Positions 29,242 through 38,537 of a stretch of DNA of 64,000 nucleotides are shown here, one piece after another. Numbering within the stretch: position 1 is the first letter of the stretch; each line of letters opens with the position of its first letter. The DNA lies in contig OZ244170.1 of assembly GCA_965216565.1 (NCBI GenBank), forward strand, positions 1,440,001 through 1,504,000, in the 5' to 3' direction. This DNA is from Bythopirellula sp. Its GTDB lineage: Bacteria > Planctomycetota > Planctomycetia > Pirellulales > Lacipirellulaceae. The position numbers were made by a program, and so were the translations under genes. The notes under the pieces are model-generated. The model saw only the letters and a list, made by a program, of their open reading frames with translations. It ran no database searches and was not told the origin of the DNA.

Positions 29242-29478
29242 ATGGCGAAACAACCAACTCATGAAGTCCGCTTTGGATTGATCAAAGCAACCGTTTGGCA
29301 AAACCACACGAAAGTTGGTGACCGCTTCAACGTCACCATCTCCAGGCTTTATAGAAACGGCGACCGCTGGGTCGAGTCGCAGAATTTTGGGCGTGATGAC
29401 CTGCCACTGGTGGCCAAGGCGGTTGACCAAGCCCATACCTGGATCTTCGCACAGAACGGCGAAAGGAGTGAGCGATGA
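29242..29478 (+). CDS. Small hypothetical protein, putative ssDNA-binding (paralogue of 8306-8641)
   Basis: GGAG RBS; PTHEVRFGLIKATVWQN...NVTISRLYR...W..SQNFGRDDL. Confidence 0.8.
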   Translation: MAKQPTHEVRFGLIKATVWQNHTKVGDRFNVTISRLYRNGDRWVESQNFGRDDLPLVAKAVDQAHTWIFAQNGERSER

Positions 29479-29666
29479 GCAGCGAAGCGATAGAGATCGG
29501 CAATGAAGGCCGATTACGCCGGAGTTCTTCGGTTGACTACATCGCCGCCCGCTGGTGCACGCTCCCGCCGCATGTCCGCGAGACCATCATCACACTGGTC
29601 GATGCCAGTTTACTCGCAAGCCAACATCAGCACACTTCGGCGGTGAGCGAGGAAGACAATCCATGA
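29475..29666 (+). CDS. Small hypothetical protein
   Basis: AAGGAG RBS, ATGA overlaps on both sides, WxxLPxxVRxxIxxLV motif. Confidence 0.65.
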   Translation: MSSEAIEIGNEGRLRRSSSVDYIAARWCTLPPHVRETIITLVDASLLASQHQHTSAVSEEDNP

Positions 29667-29962
29667 ATCGACAACAACTATCACGCGAGACACCGCTTGT
29701 CTTCTCGGAGGTTCCCAATCGGCTGCCTAAACGACACGGCAAGAAGATTCACTATTCTACCGTGTACCGCTGGGCCACTAAAGGTGTCCGTGGTCGCGTG
29801 CTAGAGACTGTGCGAGTCGGTGGAGTCCGCTACACTACAGTTGAAGCATTAGAGCGTTTTCTCTCTGCTCCTACGCTAGTCAATCTTGAAGCACCCAAGT
29901 CAGCAACGCTCGATGACGAGCTGACAGCGATCCAACGCCAGTTGGACGATGCCGGTGTGTAG
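29663..29962 (+). CDS. DUF1580 / excisionase-like HTH protein
   Basis: KKIHYSTVYRWATKGVRGRVLETVRVGGVRYTTVEALERF. Confidence 0.85.
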   Translation: MNRQQLSRETPLVFSEVPNRLPKRHGKKIHYSTVYRWATKGVRGRVLETVRVGGVRYTTVEALERFLSAPTLVNLEAPKSATLDDELTAIQRQLDDAGV

Positions 29963-30681
29963 GTCTGGTGATCCTCGCAGCTGTCAGTGAAGATTCCACT
30001 AATACTTAATTCCAATTCGAACATACTGAAGTCGATGCAACCGCGAAATTCAGTGACCTCAGGAGGCAATCGGTCTGGTGCACCTCTTTCAGATTGCGAT
30101 TGGATTTCGTGCAGGCGGTATTGCATCCTCTGCCAGGAACAAACTTGCGGAACACGCAGCGGTCTCTAACTTGGACTGCGTGAGCGAGGAAGCTCGAATC
30201 TGTTCGATTGGTGCATGACGATCGTTGGAAATTCCAGCATTGTCAAAAATCGGGAGGTACTTTCGTGCTCGATTCCGGAAGCAGGAGAATGTCATCGAAT
30301 TGATGTCGAATGTACCCCCTCTGATGGCAGCACATCGTCTCTTGGACATCGCTGAGAGGAAATTTTACGGTTCACTTACCAGCGTCGGAGAAACAGTCCT
30401 CTTGTGGATAGAGCGACCAGAAAGGCACCGAAACTTGTTCAAATTTCAAAACTAGGACAACCTGACGATAGATGACAGATGGTTTTGGGTCCACACAACG
30501 AGAAAGAGATAGCGGCGTCCAAAGCTCATGCCTCAAACGCCGCCTATAAATATCAGTTAATGGTAGAGCAAAGAGCCGTCCGCAACATGAGCGGCTAAAT
30601 TCGGAGAATCGCTCGCGAACATGATATGTGTTAGTCAATAGACTCGATTCGCTATTTCCAGATCCCATGACACTTCTTGCA

Positions 30682-33600
30682 TTATGCGGCTGCTGATTCT
30701 GGTTCGATATGTTGTTGTAACGACTGATCGCGTTCAGCTTGGTGTGGCAAAGATTTGACGTGCAAATCGCATTGAGGGAAGGCGATTTCAATGTTGTGCT
30801 GTCTGAACAGATCATCGATGTCCAAATGCAGATCATGCCTTAAACGTCTGTACATGATGAGGTCATCGACAAACAGCCTGAGCTCAAAGTTTAAGCTGCT
30901 GTCGCCAAACTCGTTGAAGATGACGATCGGCTCGGGGTTATCAAGTACATTGCAGTTTTCTGCTGCGACTTGGTAGAGGAGCTTTGTAGCCAGTCGAGTA
31001 TCACTGCCGTAAGCGATACCTACGCGGACAATAAGACGCAAGTGAGGATTGGAGAGCGTCCAGTTCACCAAGTTCCCAGTGACGAAATCTTTGTTGGGAA
31101 CAATTAGTTCCTTGTTATCCCAGTCCAAAACGGTTGTCGCTCGAATGCGAATCTTCGTTACGGTACCTGTTATCTCACCAACGGTGACAGTGTCTCCCAC
31201 CCTCGCTGGGCGTTCGAATAGCAGAATGATACCTGACACAAAATTCGCAAAAATCTCCTGGAGACCGAAGCCGAGGCCGACTGTCATTGCAGCCACGAGC
31301 CACTGAACACTATTCCAGCCGATTCCAAGCTGACGCATTCCCAATGCCAGGCCGACCACTGTAATCGTGTAACGCGTGATTGAACTTGCTGCGTAACGCG
31401 CCCCCGCATCGAGAGGCAACTTTTGAAGGACTGTGATCTCCAAGAGCCCAGGTAAATTCCGTCCAGCGAACCAAGTGATTGACAAAATCAGTGCTGACGC
31501 GACTAGATCACCGAGTGTTACAAAAGTCGGTGCGGCGTCTGGATTTATTGGAGTGAGACTACTTGCCCAAAGCTCCACTCGATTAAAGACTCCCAAAGCG
31601 GGCAATACATCACCCCAGACAAACCACATGGACAGCACGAAGGCCGCGCCGACCCCCATGCCAACCAACTTGCGAGCTTGTTGATTAATATCAGCAAGGT
31701 TGAACTGTGGTTCAATTTCCACCGGAGCTGTTTCGGCTGACGTATTTTCCTGTGCTTCCAGCATGGCTTGTCGTTTTTCACGAGCGTGCTGCATCGCGAC
31801 GCGTCGGTAGGCGACCATCAGCCATCGCATAAGCAGCGAACGCAGTGCGAAGCAAGCAAACACGAACAAGCAGGAAACAAAGATCCGGCGAGTTAGCTGC
31901 ATCGCAGTGTAATGGTAGCCAGCAATTGAGGCAGTGATCAAAATAAATACACCCAGGGTCGTGAGTGGGCCGAGTAGTTTTACTAGTCTAGCAAACCAAT
32001 ACCCTTTAGCACTGGCGGCAATTGCTTTGTTAAGTGCTCCGTTCGATCGAAATAGTCGAAAGCAGACGGTTCCAATTACGAAAAGTGAGCTTATCAGGGA
32101 TAACCTTCCGAGCGAGTTGATACTTATCTCGTCGTTGCCAATCTCAACACCGACGGCAATCGCCAGTAGCGGTAGCGCCAATAGTTCTAAGGTACGTGCA
32201 GCTCGACGAATGGCGGCCAAACCTTTAATGTCCCAGCCAAAGTGGTTTGCACCCAAACCGCCTTGGCGAGAGGCGTGCCTGGCCAGATTCAGCATGGCGT
32301 AGGCGGCAGCAAAGAGCATGAGCGCCCAACCAGTGGAAAATGCGAGCGCGCTAGTGCCGCGACTCAATCGCCAGCCCACAAACCCAAAGCAGGTTGGTAT
32401 AGGTAGAGCCATAAACATGGTGGCGAGTGATGCCAACACGGTTGGCCGGAACTTGGTAGCAGTTGGCTTCGCGGCTGCTTCTCCTGTTTCTCGCAGAAGC
32501 GTGCGGGCACGTGAACGCCCCACCACAAGCGTAGTGGCTAACAGCAGGCCAAATCCCCACCAATGGGCACGTCGTTGAATGTCTCGTGATAGTATCATCC
32601 CCAGACTCTTAACTTGTGCTAGGCGGTTAGGAGCGTTACTCCAGAAGTCTTTCGTATGTTGCAGTTCTGGTAGACCAATCGTCGGTGCGCTACGAACCCA
32701 GAGTATTTGTTCGGCTATGAAATCAGAGAGTTCTTCAGTTGTTGAAACGACTTCACTCTCGGCGGCATCAAGTTCTTCAATACGGCTCAGGCTGTCACTA
32801 GCATTGGCGATCAATTCAGCAAGGATTTCCGTGCGTGCTTCGAAAATCCGACGTAATTCCTTAGCTGCAGCGTCGGACAACTCGATCGACTCATCTGCGA
32901 GCTGCTGTTTTGCTTGCTCTACCTGCTCATCACAGTGTAGGCACTCTCGGCGAAGTGATTCCCATTCGTAAACGTCCAATCCTAGTTGCGAAGCTTCGAC
33001 AGGCCGATGACCAAGGCGATCTCGAATTGGTGCGAGAGCCGGAAGCTGATCTTGTTGAGTGCGTAACATCGCCCCAATTGCCGTAGAGTGTTGCCCCGCA
33101 TCCGCACGTTTGGTGACATCGGTCAGACGATTCTTCATCGTTTGTCCTAACTCCTTCGCCTCCGTCAGCCGCGCGGTAAGTTGTTGCAATCGTAACACAA
33201 TTTTCTCGTTTCGATCGGCTAATTGTGCATTAAGAGCTGCAGCAGACTGCACTGCCGGGTGAGCGTTAATTGCAGTCATGCGAGCTGACTGCGCTTGCTT
33301 CTCCGCCTCCTGGCGTTTCGCCTCTGCCACCTGCTCTTTGACCGCTTGATGCTGTGAGACAACAGCTTGCAATTCTCTTTCGGCAGCATCTCTGCGTGCC
33401 AACCAGAGTCGAGAATTGGATTCGTACGTTAGGACTTCTTGTTCAAGCCATTGGTATTCGACCGACAAGTAATCACGGCGAGCCAAGTGATAAAGCTGCT
33501 TTGCTTCCGTTAGTATTGACACGCTCTTTTCGAGAGGTTGTCCGAGTGTGTTTGCCAAGGAATCATACTGCTCTCGATTTTTGGTCAACAGCTCTGGAAG

Positions 33601-34209
33601 GACCTTGCGACGTTCGGCCCGACGTTCAATTTCTGCCGTTACTTTCACCACTTTTTCTTTCGCAAGCGAAAGTTGCTGACCTAACGTTGTCAGGTAGTTG
33701 CGAAGTTGGTCGACTGAGGGTACTGCGGGCAGTTGCTGAATATCAACTGCAAGGCCGACGGGCTGCTGCAGCTTCTCAATTTCTGAACTAGAAAGCTCTA
33801 GTTCTTTCTTGAGAGCCTCAGTAGTTGCAGCTAACTTCTCTGCGTCGGCAAGCTTCGTTGCAGTTTTGTCACAAAATTCATTGGCTTCTGCGCGAGTCTC
33901 CTCGGTGCCTTCCTCGGCAATGTCGCAACGCTTCCGTAAGCGCGCTATCGCCTCAGATGAAACTTGATGCAACTCAACTCCAACGACTTCCCCCGAGGTA
34001 GATTCCGCGGCTAGTGCGGTTTGCGCTGCTACGGAATCCGCTGCTTGCACCTCTGCAATTGCTAGCTGACTACTGAGCGATAAAAGCGAGCAAAGGCTGC
34101 ATAATGCCAGTAGGTATCGATTACTTGTCACCAAAAACACCTTCCTTGGGCCGAGTCGCTGAGGAGACCTCGTAACTCTCATCAAATGCTGCAGTACGCT
34201 AGCAGCCAA
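30682..34209 (-). CDS. mscK: MscK/KefA-like large mechanosensitive channel (copy 1)
   Basis: Signal-like N-terminus, long coiled coil, multi-TM region, MscS core GLGFGLQEIFANFVSGIILLFERP.RVGD...IRIRAT...IAFPQ; start uncertain. Confidence 0.92.
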   Translation of the reverse strand: MAASVLQHLMRVTRSPQRLGPRKVFLVTSNRYLLALCSLCSLLSLSSQLAIAEVQAADSVAAQTALAAESTSGEVVGVELHQVSSEAIARLRKRCDIAEEGTEETRAEANEFCDKTATKLADAEKLAATTEALKKELELSSSEIEKLQQPVGLAVDIQQLPAVPSVDQLRNYLTTLGQQLSLAKEKVVKVTAEIERRAERRKVLPELLTKNREQYDSLANTLGQPLEKSVSILTEAKQLYHLARRDYLSVEYQWLEQEVLTYESNSRLWLARRDAAERELQAVVSQHQAVKEQVAEAKRQEAEKQAQSARMTAINAHPAVQSAAALNAQLADRNEKIVLRLQQLTARLTEAKELGQTMKNRLTDVTKRADAGQHSTAIGAMLRTQQDQLPALAPIRDRLGHRPVEASQLGLDVYEWESLRRECLHCDEQVEQAKQQLADESIELSDAAAKELRRIFEARTEILAELIANASDSLSRIEELDAAESEVVSTTEELSDFIAEQILWVRSAPTIGLPELQHTKDFWSNAPNRLAQVKSLGMILSRDIQRRAHWWGFGLLLATTLVVGRSRARTLLRETGEAAAKPTATKFRPTVLASLATMFMALPIPTCFGFVGWRLSRGTSALAFSTGWALMLFAAAYAMLNLARHASRQGGLGANHFGWDIKGLAAIRRAARTLELLALPLLAIAVGVEIGNDEISINSLGRLSLISSLFVIGTVCFRLFRSNGALNKAIAASAKGYWFARLVKLLGPLTTLGVFILITASIAGYHYTAMQLTRRIFVSCLFVFACFALRSLLMRWLMVAYRRVAMQHAREKRQAMLEAQENTSAETAPVEIEPQFNLADINQQARKLVGMGVGAAFVLSMWFVWGDVLPALGVFNRVELWASSLTPINPDAAPTFVTLGDLVASALILSITWFAGRNLPGLLEITVLQKLPLDAGARYAASSITRYTITVVGLALGMRQLGIGWNSVQWLVAAMTVGLGFGLQEIFANFVSGIILLFERPARVGDTVTVGEITGTVTKIRIRATTVLDWDNKELIVPNKDFVTGNLVNWTLSNPHLRLIVRVGIAYGSDTRLATKLLYQVAAENCNVLDNPEPIVIFNEFGDSSLNFELRLFVDDLIMYRRLRHDLHLDIDDLFRQHNIEIAFPQCDLHVKSLPHQAERDQSLQQHIEPESAAA

Positions 34210-34295
34210 TCACCCTGGTTCCATCCAGGGCAACATGGGAAGATACGGTGAACAGGCCAGGAGGGCTAGAGCAGCTTTGTTCCAGCAGGCTAGCT

Positions 34296-34760
34296 TTAGT
34301 TGCCACCTTCTCCGCCGATATCTTGGGAGAACGCGTCCTGGATAAGCTGACTCTCTTTGTGTAGGTGCGTATCTAGCGACTTCAAAAATGCTGCAAGCTC
34401 GGCACAGAGTTGTTCAAATTCTGCAAGTTTGTCAGGAAGCGTTCTTTCCAACTGGGTAACGATTTGGTGTAGCTTTTCGCGTAGCGTAGCGTGCTCCTTC
34501 TGCAATGCCTCAATCTTACTTGCCAAATGGGGAGCCACTTCTACGGCCATGTCCATATAGCCATCGTGTTCCTCAATCGCGAACATGCGGTCAATTTGCT
34601 GCTGGAACCAACTCGTCAAGAACCGCAGTCCTGAGAGCTTGCGAGTGAACAGCGTTCCTTCAATCGGCCAATCAATCATCGACAATAGTGCTTTACGCGT
34701 GTGTTCTAACGCCTTGTTTTCAATGCGGCACTGCTTCAAAATTCCTTTGTCGTCAACCAT
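34296..34760 (-). CDS. Hemerythrin-like four-helix protein
   Basis: FAIEEHDGYM, LQKEH, HLHKESQL; AGGAG RBS; N-terminal His ligands absent. Confidence 0.7.
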   Translation of the reverse strand: MVDDKGILKQCRIENKALEHTRKALLSMIDWPIEGTLFTRKLSGLRFLTSWFQQQIDRMFAIEEHDGYMDMAVEVAPHLASKIEALQKEHATLREKLHQIVTQLERTLPDKLAEFEQLCAELAAFLKSLDTHLHKESQLIQDAFSQDIGGEGGN

Positions 34761-34845
34761 TAGTAAAACTCCTAATCAAAAATTCTCGTGTGATATTAGA
34801 TTTCGCTTCTGTATGAAAAAGCAAGCACCTCCAGATTCTGTTAAA

Positions 34846-35298
34846 TCACGCTGCCGGTGGCGTGGCGAGTGGAGCAAGAGCTTTGCGACCGACGATTTCG
34901 CCTCGACATACAATTGCCCCGCAGCAACACATAAACGAACGAAACAACACATCTTCTGTCTGTTCGTAGTCCATTGTCAGCAAACTACCAGCGGCGATAT
35001 TTCGCTCCGCGATAAACAGCCACGAACTGGTATCAAACCAAGAATTAGGATCACAACTATGTAGCACTTTGCCAGCAAAGTAAGGGTCGTCCAAGTGTGT
35101 GTCGGGTCCAATTTGCAACGTGGATTGGGTAATCTCATTAGTAATGACTCCATTCATGCGGAAGAGAATCTCGCCGCGATGAAAGGGGCGTAGAACGCGA
35201 ACGCCTTGTCCACGCTGAGGGTCTACGTCGATCACTTCAAAATCTTCGATTTGCGGTTCCAATGGAACCGGCTTGAGATGCGAAGGGTAAATTCTCAT
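34846..35298 (-). CDS. Stand-alone SET-domain methyltransferase with post-SET Cys motif
   Basis: RGQGV, LHSCDPN, LLTMDY, FMCCCGAIVCRG; start lies 4 nt inside the 3' end of the upstream gene (overlap 35295-35298). Confidence 0.88.
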   Translation of the reverse strand: MRIYPSHLKPVPLEPQIEDFEVIDVDPQRGQGVRVLRPFHRGEILFRMNGVITNEITQSTLQIGPDTHLDDPYFAGKVLHSCDPNSWFDTSSWLFIAERNIAAGSLLTMDYEQTEDVLFRSFMCCCGAIVCRGEIVGRKALAPLATPPAA

Positions 35299-35687
35299 TT
35301 CCTATAAATCACCTCCAATTCTATGACTTTGGGTCCGAAGAAAAGCTTCGTCACCCGTTCGACGGTTTCAGTATTAAACGGCTTGCAGCTAAAGACATCC
35401 AAATACATGTCGCGATGCGCGTCGTTTGTATGCAGCATGATGGCACTTGTTTGGATGAGCTGAACGCCAGAGATACCTGTTTCGATGCCTTCGCCAAAAC
35501 GAGCCACAAACGGCAACCCAAAGCTAACCATGTCGATTTCATCCACCATCTTCTGTAAGAAATCAAATAGGACCTCTATCGAAAGCAGTTGATCGTTGCA
35601 GCTACGGGCAGTGACCAGAGCATGTTGCCCATAGTGAGGTTGTCCGTTGTGCTGGATGCGTCGATATTCGGGTAGCGCAGAGGGCAT
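35295..35687 (-). CDS. S-adenosylmethionine decarboxylase-like pyruvoyl proenzyme
   Basis: YGQH, GISGVQLIQT-S-AIMLH (self-cleavage site), YLDVFSCKPF; GGAG RBS. Confidence 0.85.
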   Translation of the reverse strand: MPSALPEYRRIQHNGQPHYGQHALVTARSCNDQLLSIEVLFDFLQKMVDEIDMVSFGLPFVARFGEGIETGISGVQLIQTSAIMLHTNDAHRDMYLDVFSCKPFNTETVERVTKLFFGPKVIELEVIYRK

Positions 35688-35978
35688 AACATTCTCCAAG
35701 CGAGAAAAACGATTCGAGGAAGAATCGAGAGAGAACCTGAGAGCAGTAACTGCAAGGAAGCAGCCCAGATTGTCAGAGAGAGACCGAACGTTCCGATCAG
35801 CAATCGGAGGCGGTCTTTGTCAGTTCAACTATGATTATATTATGTCGTAACGCAAAGTATTCAAGATGCTTTTTACAGAGATTATCCTTAAGGTAGCTGC
35901 ATGCTATCATGAAATTAGAATGGTTGTAGCAGGACGACACGCTAACCAATAAATTGTCCCTAATTACAAAATTGTTAT

Positions 35979-37160
35979 TTATTCAGGTCGTATCGTTACA
36001 TCATTTTGCAGAGAGTCCGTGATTTGATGTCTAGACGCATTGCTCTGGGAACTGCTCGCTACATCACCATTCGCTGCGGGGCCCGATAGCCATCCACGTC
36101 GCCAGAAGAAACCAATCAAACCCGTAGCCACCGCAACCATCAACGTAAGCGCTAACGGGTAACCAAGCGCCCAGTCCAATTCCGGCATCATTTTGAAGTT
36201 CATTCCGTAGACGCCGGCAATAAAGCTGAGTGGAATGAATATGGTGGCGATAATAGTCAACACTTTCATGACTTCATTCATGCGATTGCTAACCGCTGAA
36301 AGGTAAAACTCGCGTAGGTTGCCGCACATCTCGCGGTAGGTGTCGAGCGAGTCTAATATTTGCACGACGTGGTCGTAGCAATCTCGAAAATAAAGTTGTG
36401 TCTCTTCAGAAACTAGTGAGTGCGAATCACGCATCAGCATCACAAGTTCGTCCCGCAGTGGCCGTATCGCCCGTCGTAACATCATCAGGTCACCACGGAT
36501 TTCGTGAATGTGCTCCATCAGTTGAGGATTGCACTCCGACAAGATGGTTGCATCGAGGTGTTCGAGGCGTTCACCATACTCGTCTACAATTGGAAAATAG
36601 AAATCAACAACGGCGTCGAGTAGGGCGTATACAAGGTAGTCGGAGCCTGAGGTTCGAATGCGACCACGCCCCTTGCGTAGACGCTCTCGCACGGGATCAA
36701 GGCAGTCTCCTTGTCGCTCCTGAAAGGTCAGTACGAAGTTCTTGCCGACGAACATGCTAATTTGCTCCGTCTCCATGATGTCGTTCCACGACATCATTCG
36801 GGCGACGATGAAAAGATGGTCGCCATACTCCTCGACCTTCGCACGTTGATGAACGTTCACTACATCCTCCAAGGCCAGAGTGTGTAGGTCGAATATCTCA
36901 CCGAGCTTCTCAACTTTTCTTGCATCGCCTAATCCAACTACGTCAACCCAAGTGACACCTGAAGAGGCAACGTAATGCCGTAGCTGCTCGAGTTCGTGGA
37001 CTTCCTCTTCCTTGATTATGGCCCGATCGTAGTGCATGATGCGCACCACGGGCTGCGGAGCACCGGGGTGGACTACCACTGAACCTGGAGAACTTCCTGG
37101 AGTCGTCATTCGCTGAACACGGACACTTCGCCGATGTCTGCGTTTACGTTTTTTTACCAT
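35979..37160 (-). CDS. corA: Magnesium/cobalt transporter CorA
   Basis: LALEDV...QRAKVEEY, MNEVMKVLTIIATIFIPLSFIAGVYGMNF (GMN motif). Confidence 0.96.
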   Translation of the reverse strand: MVKKRKRRHRRSVRVQRMTTPGSSPGSVVVHPGAPQPVVRIMHYDRAIIKEEEVHELEQLRHYVASSGVTWVDVVGLGDARKVEKLGEIFDLHTLALEDVVNVHQRAKVEEYGDHLFIVARMMSWNDIMETEQISMFVGKNFVLTFQERQGDCLDPVRERLRKGRGRIRTSGSDYLVYALLDAVVDFYFPIVDEYGERLEHLDATILSECNPQLMEHIHEIRGDLMMLRRAIRPLRDELVMLMRDSHSLVSEETQLYFRDCYDHVVQILDSLDTYREMCGNLREFYLSAVSNRMNEVMKVLTIIATIFIPLSFIAGVYGMNFKMMPELDWALGYPLALTLMVAVATGLIGFFWRRGWLSGPAANGDVASSSQSNASRHQITDSLQNDVTIRPE

Positions 37161-37439
37161 GTGTTAAGTCCATGTGCGACGCGGGAATGTCAGTTCGTTT
37201 CGGATTGTCGGCTGCCAGCGGTATACTAGTCCAGTAAGTACTAATTCTAGTGACTGACCGTCGGATATCCGCGTTTGTTACATTCTAGTTTCTTGACTTA
37301 GTAATTACACCCAAGGGCAAGTTCGCTGCAGCTTCTGCCAGTTAGATGGTGACCGTAGCGTTATAGCTGGGCGTAATCCTAACCAATTACCTTGAATAGA
37401 TTCACGATGCTGAGATCATTCGACTCTGCTATTCCGTTA

Positions 37440-38483
37440 TTACAGCGTACACATGTCGACGTTATCGAAGTTACGCCCATAGTAGTGCATGTATTCGACC
37501 TTCTTTTCTATAGCTTCGATCACCAGGGTCGAAAAGTTGACCTTCTCGAACTGCTGGGCGCTACCTAACCCACCAGGGCTAAATACGTTGATTTCCATTA
37601 ACTTGTTGCCGACGATGTCGAGACCAACTAGGAACATGCCATCTTGTACGAGCTTGGGGCGGACAATCTCTGCAATTTGCAGGTGTGTTGCGGTGATTTC
37701 CGCAGCCGCTTTCGAGCCCCCTGCATGAACGTTGCTACGCATGTCGCCGCCACTCCGCACGCGACGGAAGGCGGCATATTTTTTGCCGATTCGTAGGGGG
37801 CGGCCGTTCATGACAAACAGTCGCATGTCGCCTTCTTCGGCTGCAGGTAAATACTCTTGAGCAATTACGAACCCATCCCGGCTGACCGCGTCGATCATCT
37901 GATTCAAGTTGGGAATATCTGCCTGGCGAATCAGAAACACGCTAGCACCTCCAGAGCCTTGAAGCGGTTTGACCACGATGGTTCCTAGCTCTTGTGCAAA
38001 ATGTTTGATTTCATCACGATCGCGAGTGATTAATGTTTGAGGACGCACGGTTTCTGGAAACAATTGAAAGTACATCTTGCTAGATGCTTTAGCTAAGCCG
38101 TTTGGGTCACTGAGGATGATCACGCCATGCCGCATGGCGACACGGGCGAATTCTGTTGCGGCAGTGCTGGCCCAGGGACGACTGAGATAGTCATCGGAGG
38201 GCACGTTACGTAGAACTAGGACGTCCAATTCATCCGCCGTGATTCGGCGTTTGACTGCCTTTTTGCTTTGCAAATCTGCAGTAAAACTGTCGGAGCTACC
38301 GTACTTTTCTTTGGGAACTGATGTTGCTCGCGCGCGAACCATGTCGTCGGGATCGTAAGCCAAGTCTCCAACACCCATCACCCAAACTTCATGGCCGCGA
38401 TTCACTGCCGCCTGCCCGAGACGCATCGTCGTGAATTTCTTTTCCTCGGTTTGAACGTCGTTGACGATGAATCCTATTCGCAT
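37440..38483 (-). CDS. Glutathione synthetase-like ATP-grasp ligase (copy 2)
   Basis: KPLQGSGG, QEYLP, GDMRL, RSNVHAGG, VGLDIVG..LMEINVFSPG. Confidence 0.88.
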   Translation of the reverse strand: MRIGFIVNDVQTEEKKFTTMRLGQAAVNRGHEVWVMGVGDLAYDPDDMVRARATSVPKEKYGSSDSFTADLQSKKAVKRRITADELDVLVLRNVPSDDYLSRPWASTAATEFARVAMRHGVIILSDPNGLAKASSKMYFQLFPETVRPQTLITRDRDEIKHFAQELGTIVVKPLQGSGGASVFLIRQADIPNLNQMIDAVSRDGFVIAQEYLPAAEEGDMRLFVMNGRPLRIGKKYAAFRRVRSGGDMRSNVHAGGSKAAAEITATHLQIAEIVRPKLVQDGMFLVGLDIVGNKLMEINVFSPGGLGSAQQFEKVNFSTLVIEAIEKKVEYMHYYGRNFDNVDMCTL

Positions 38484-38537
38484 GATGTTTTCCTTTATCT
38501 CTAATACCATTTAATCAAGTGATGCGTGCGATAATGG

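Larger units (their letters stand above)
5177..29962. mobile_element. Putative integrated plasmid-like / mobilisable element backbone (boundaries approximate)
   Basis: Co-located RepA-like initiator, ParA/ParB, VirD4/TraD-like coupling protein, Replic-Relax-like proteins, orphan MT-A70 methylase, DUF1580 and DUF6876; no att sites or integrase recognised. Confidence 0.7.

Noticed and set aside
29963..30681. Integrase remnant after DUF1580
   Set aside because: The short ORFs here show no tyrosine or serine recombinase motifs
35295..35687. Gene symbol speD
   Set aside because: No speE partner and a divergent cleavage motif; substrate unproven
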